From positions 1,644,389 through 1,708,388 of the forward strand of contig CM121343.1 of assembly GCA_051530055.1 (NCBI GenBank): a stretch of 64,000 nucleotides of DNA, given 5' to 3'. The position numbers and the translations under genes were made by a program. Numbering within the stretch: the stretch's first letter is position 1; each line of letters starts with the position of its first letter. Shown piece after piece: positions 60,263 through 64,000 of this stretch. Under the pieces are notes generated by a model. That model did not search any database and was not told where the DNA came from. It saw only the letters and a list, made by a program, of their open reading frames with translations. The stretch comes from Neoechinorhynchus agilis. Lineage: Eukaryota; Animalia; Acanthocephala.

Positions 60263-60966
60263 GATTGAAAAAACGGAAGATGTGCAATGGTACAGAGATC
60301 AGATAATTGATTATTTTAAACAATACAACTAAAATTACGTAATTCTACCTGAATTTTGCTTTTTTTTACGATTTGCCCCACCTCATGTTTGGGTTTTCGG
60401 TTTTTCGAATAGTGCCGGTTCAATTCGTTTGGATAGACGACATTCTACCTCATTAGCTTGTTTTGAATGTTGTAAATTCGGACATATCAAAATAGATAAA
60501 ATACATTCAATGCAAATTCCGATTAATCGGGTAATGGTTATTATATGCGTTAATCACATAGCCTTTGAAGTCGCGAGGTCTATGAGATCTATCATATGAA
60601 TGAGCATTGTGTCATTTTTGCGTTCAATTTCACTAATTTTCATATTACATAAAAGAAAGTTGCTGTTGTTCAACAACTTAGTCCTATGAAATGTGACATG
60701 AAACGAAAAAGAGAACCAAAACAGCCAACCGAACTAGCAATGGATCCAGTAGAAATGAAAACCGATAAATGACTGATTGTGACTCAACGCAATAAAAAAC
60801 CGAGTATTCAGTACCTATTCCAAGAAAAAGTATGGATAATTGCTACAAATATCAGTTCAAACGTGTAAAAATCCAAACTACTTCGCGTTTTTTTTTCAAA
60901 TTGTGTATCCAAAACAAAAGTTTAAAGGAAATACGTGTGTATATAAGAACGGTTATCGGATGATAT

Positions 60967-62428
60967 TTATTTCTTTGAGGCAGTTAAACCGGCACCAGCG
61001 TTAAATTTGAAATAGATTATATCTCCATCTTCAACAACGTAATTTTTGCCTTGTTGTCGATATTTTCCTGCGGCTTTAACTTTTACTTCCGATTCTAGAT
61101 CAAAAAGGTCATCGTATTTCATTACTTCGGCCATGATGAATCCCTTCTCGAAATCAGTATGAATACGACCTCCTGCGGCCGGTGCTTTAGTCCCCCTTCT
61201 GATCGTCCAGCATTTGACCTCTTCCTTGCCAACGGTGAAAAAATAGATAAGATCAAGAGCTTGATAACCATTAGTTATTATTTTAGGAAGGATACTATCG
61301 TCACTGAGCTGGTTCTTTTTCCCGTCGACTTCTTGTTTGTCCATTAATTCAAGCTCATACGAAACCGAGAACGGTATCGCTTTTGCACCCGGATCGTTCT
61401 CGTCCAGCCATTGCTTTATGGGTATAAGCCTTTATGTTTTAGAACTTAATTCAAAACGTTCGTATGCTATAGACGAACCATTTATTCTTTTTCCTGATAT
61501 AATCATGTTTACTCATGTTGATCAAATATATCATTGGTTTTGCGCTAAGCAATAAAAGTTCGTTCAAAACCTCAACCTAATCATTAGTAGCATGGGACGG
61601 AAAGCACTTGGGACAAATTAACCTCCTTATCAGTCCAAGTGCAATGCCTAACTGGTCTTTTATCGGAATCTAAGAGTTTCAAAAGTCTTTGTAAAAGGTC
61701 AACTCGGAATTTCAAAATCGGATCGTTGGTCCTTTTGTTCCTTTTCTCTGCATCTTCGAAAGCTTTACGAACTGTACTTAAGTCCTTAAGCCTAAATAAG
61801 AGATGTACAAAGAACAGAGGTTTGAATCTATTACCTAAGCTCATCGCTGATTGTTTCAATATCCCTGACGGGATTAACATCACCTTCGACATGAGTGATT
61901 TCAATGCTTTCAAACGTCCCTTTGAAAGCAAATAAACTCAAATCAAAAGCTCCGAACTTACTGATCACATGAAAGATTCCATCACAAGATTTAATGTGAG
62001 ACAAAAACTCATTACCGAGTCCATCACCTTCGTGAGCACCCTTTACAAGCCCGGCTACATCAGTGACTTTCAAATACGCCGGAACTTTACTGCACAATGA
62101 CAAGTAAGAGATTGTGGTAGATTGAGAGAATACCTAAGAGGGCAGTAATGTTCGACAAGCCAGTCAAAACGCTTATCCGGAACAGCAACACGGCTCTCAG
62201 TTGAATCGATGGTGCAGAATGGGAAATTTTCCGCTGGCACCTCGGACTGCGTCATGACGTTGAAAAACGATGATTTCCTAATGAGCGATTATTTTAAAAC
62301 AAATCACTCGATCGGAATTGTACTCACCCAACGTTTGGAAGACCAACCACGGCCATTGAGAGGTTGGTGCCAGGTCTACCAAGAACCTGCTTTGATTTCG
62401 GCAACTCCGATCCTTTTTTCGTCGGCAT
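60967..62428 (-). CDS. OLA1: Obg-like ATPase 1; exons 62428-62328, 62277-62134, 62089-61962, 61919-61835, 61791-61623, 61576-61479, 61429-60967
   Basis: [78 protein letters not shown]...[15 protein letters not shown]. Six GT-AG introns of 42-50 nt join in frame. Confidence 0.95.
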
Positions 62429-63344
62429 ATAATTTCCAATACGTGGAGAATTGCCATTAAATAGACATACGTTCTTTCGTGCGGTCTTGAAGACGTTTTG
62501 AATCGCACTTTTCCGGGTTACTCAGCAAGTAGATGGATAGAGTCTTGGACTTTTGGACGATCGCAAATTCCATGAGAGATCAACTCAAGGAAACGGTCCG
62601 AAAGGACCATTCCGCAAAAAAACGCCATCAGAGTATTTAAGAATGAACCTTATCGTTTCAACAGAACGATCCAATAATCGATATTGAAACCACTGGAACC
62701 TTCATACGTATTATATGGAAGGGAACGATGCAACGCTCATATTGATATCCTGTAGTATTCTGAAATATTCCATGAACTTTCACTGCGACTAATGGTCAAT
62801 CCAACAATTATCCAATGCGATGATTTCATCGTTTATGGTAGCCGAAACTCTTTTATACCAATAAAAATACGACCAAAGATACCGTCCATTGGTGCCATTC
62901 ATGGGTTGTAGGTACCAAAGGACAGCTCAAAATCGGGGGCGAAGAAAATTATGTTCGGTCTCATTTGTTCCAGACTCCAATAATCCGGGCTTTGGTATCC
63001 TGAAAAACAAGCCATATTGTCGAAGATGCGAATCTATTCGGTGAATATTGATCCGGGCGAAAGTTGAGCAAGATGGGTAACGTTCGAGTGCTGTAAATAT
63101 CCATGATTGTCAGTTTGTCGAGAAGACCTAACTCTCGATATTTCAAAGCGCAAAATTGAGACGGAAATATAACAAACTTGGACGCATGACCTCCGCTTTC
63201 TTACTTGCAATAATTTGAACGTCGTACTCGGTCGATCAAAAGTCACCGAAGAACGAAAGCTCGCAAAATACCGATCGGCTTAGCGAAATCGGGACCAACG
63301 AATGTGTCTGTGATGCTCTATGGGAACCGAGAGGTAGTAAAGTA

Positions 63345-64000
63345 GATCCATGAATTCTGCTGGTGGACTAAGTTTATATTTATTCATATTTCAGCCGTGT
63401 ACTTGTAGACTCTTTGGTAGAGAATCATTATCGCTTATTCCTGATTGGAGAGGCGGTGTATCCATGAATTCTCCGGGCAGATTAAATTTTTATTTCTTCG
63501 TATTTCAGTTTTGAACTTGTAGACTCTTTAATAGAGAATCATTATCGCTCATTCCTGATTGGAGAGGCAGTTTATAAATGAATTCTCCTGGTGGATTAAA
63601 TTTTTATTTCTTCGTATTTCAGCTTTGTACCTGTAGACTCTTTAATAGAGAATCATTATCGCTTATTCCTGATTGGTGAGGTAGTGTATCCATGAATTCT
63701 CCGGGCAGATTAAATTTTTATTTCTTCGTATTTCAGTTTTGTACTTGTAGACTCTTTAGTAGAGAATCATTATCGCTTATTCCTGATTGGAGAGGCAGTG
63801 TATCCATGAATTCTCCGGGCAGATTAAATTTTTATTTCTTCGTATTTCAGTTTTGTACTTGTAGACTCTTTGTAGAGAATCATTATCGCTTATTCCTGAT
63901 TGGAGAGGCAGTGTATCCATGAATTCTCCTGGTGGACTAAATTTATATTTCTTCGTATTTCAGCTTTGTACTTGTAGACTCTTTAGTAGAGAATCATTAT
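63345..64000. repeat. 114-bp tandem repeat, about 6 units, runs off the window
   Basis: ccatgaattc starts at 63348, 63462, 63690, 63804 and 63917. Confidence 0.93.

Noticed and set aside
62500-63340. Short ORFs upstream of OLA1
   Set aside because: No recognisable domain or splice structure.

Overview
AT-rich eukaryotic genomic DNA, most likely animal (BMP1/tolloid-type gene, mostly 42-60 nt GT-AG introns); the taxon cannot be fixed from sequence alone. Host genes: a divergent TFIIE-alpha-like gene (9.8-11.6 kb), a Brahma/SMARCA2/4 remodeller (30.7-36.1 kb, minus), eIF3a (42.0-45.0 kb), a BMP1/tolloid-like protease (47.9-51.1 kb, minus), OLA1 (61.0-62.4 kb, minus), two LRR loci and a decayed mRNA-capping-enzyme copy. 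The first ~30 kb is mostly decayed retroelements: Penelope-like, CRE-clade RLE non-LTR, RTE-like, an L1-like fragment, and a Gypsy element with a Penelope nested in its protease. An 8.7 kb array of a 107-bp satellite lies at 51.6-60.3 kb and a 114-bp tandem repeat runs off the right end. Two observations stand out. (1) The otherwise intact Brahma ORF is split inside helicase motif Ia by a 354-bp TA-flanked insert with inverted-repeat ends; precise removal needs non-canonical splice ends (AG...AT register) although nearly all other introns read here are GT-AG. (2) Several ~150-245 bp fold-back elements carry back-to-back minimal hammerhead-ribozyme-like motifs with C3-G8/U3-A8 covariation, most share a central GCGTC(TATTA) motif, and they are linked to Penelope-like elements. 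All structure calls were made by eye and need RNA-seq or folding checks.
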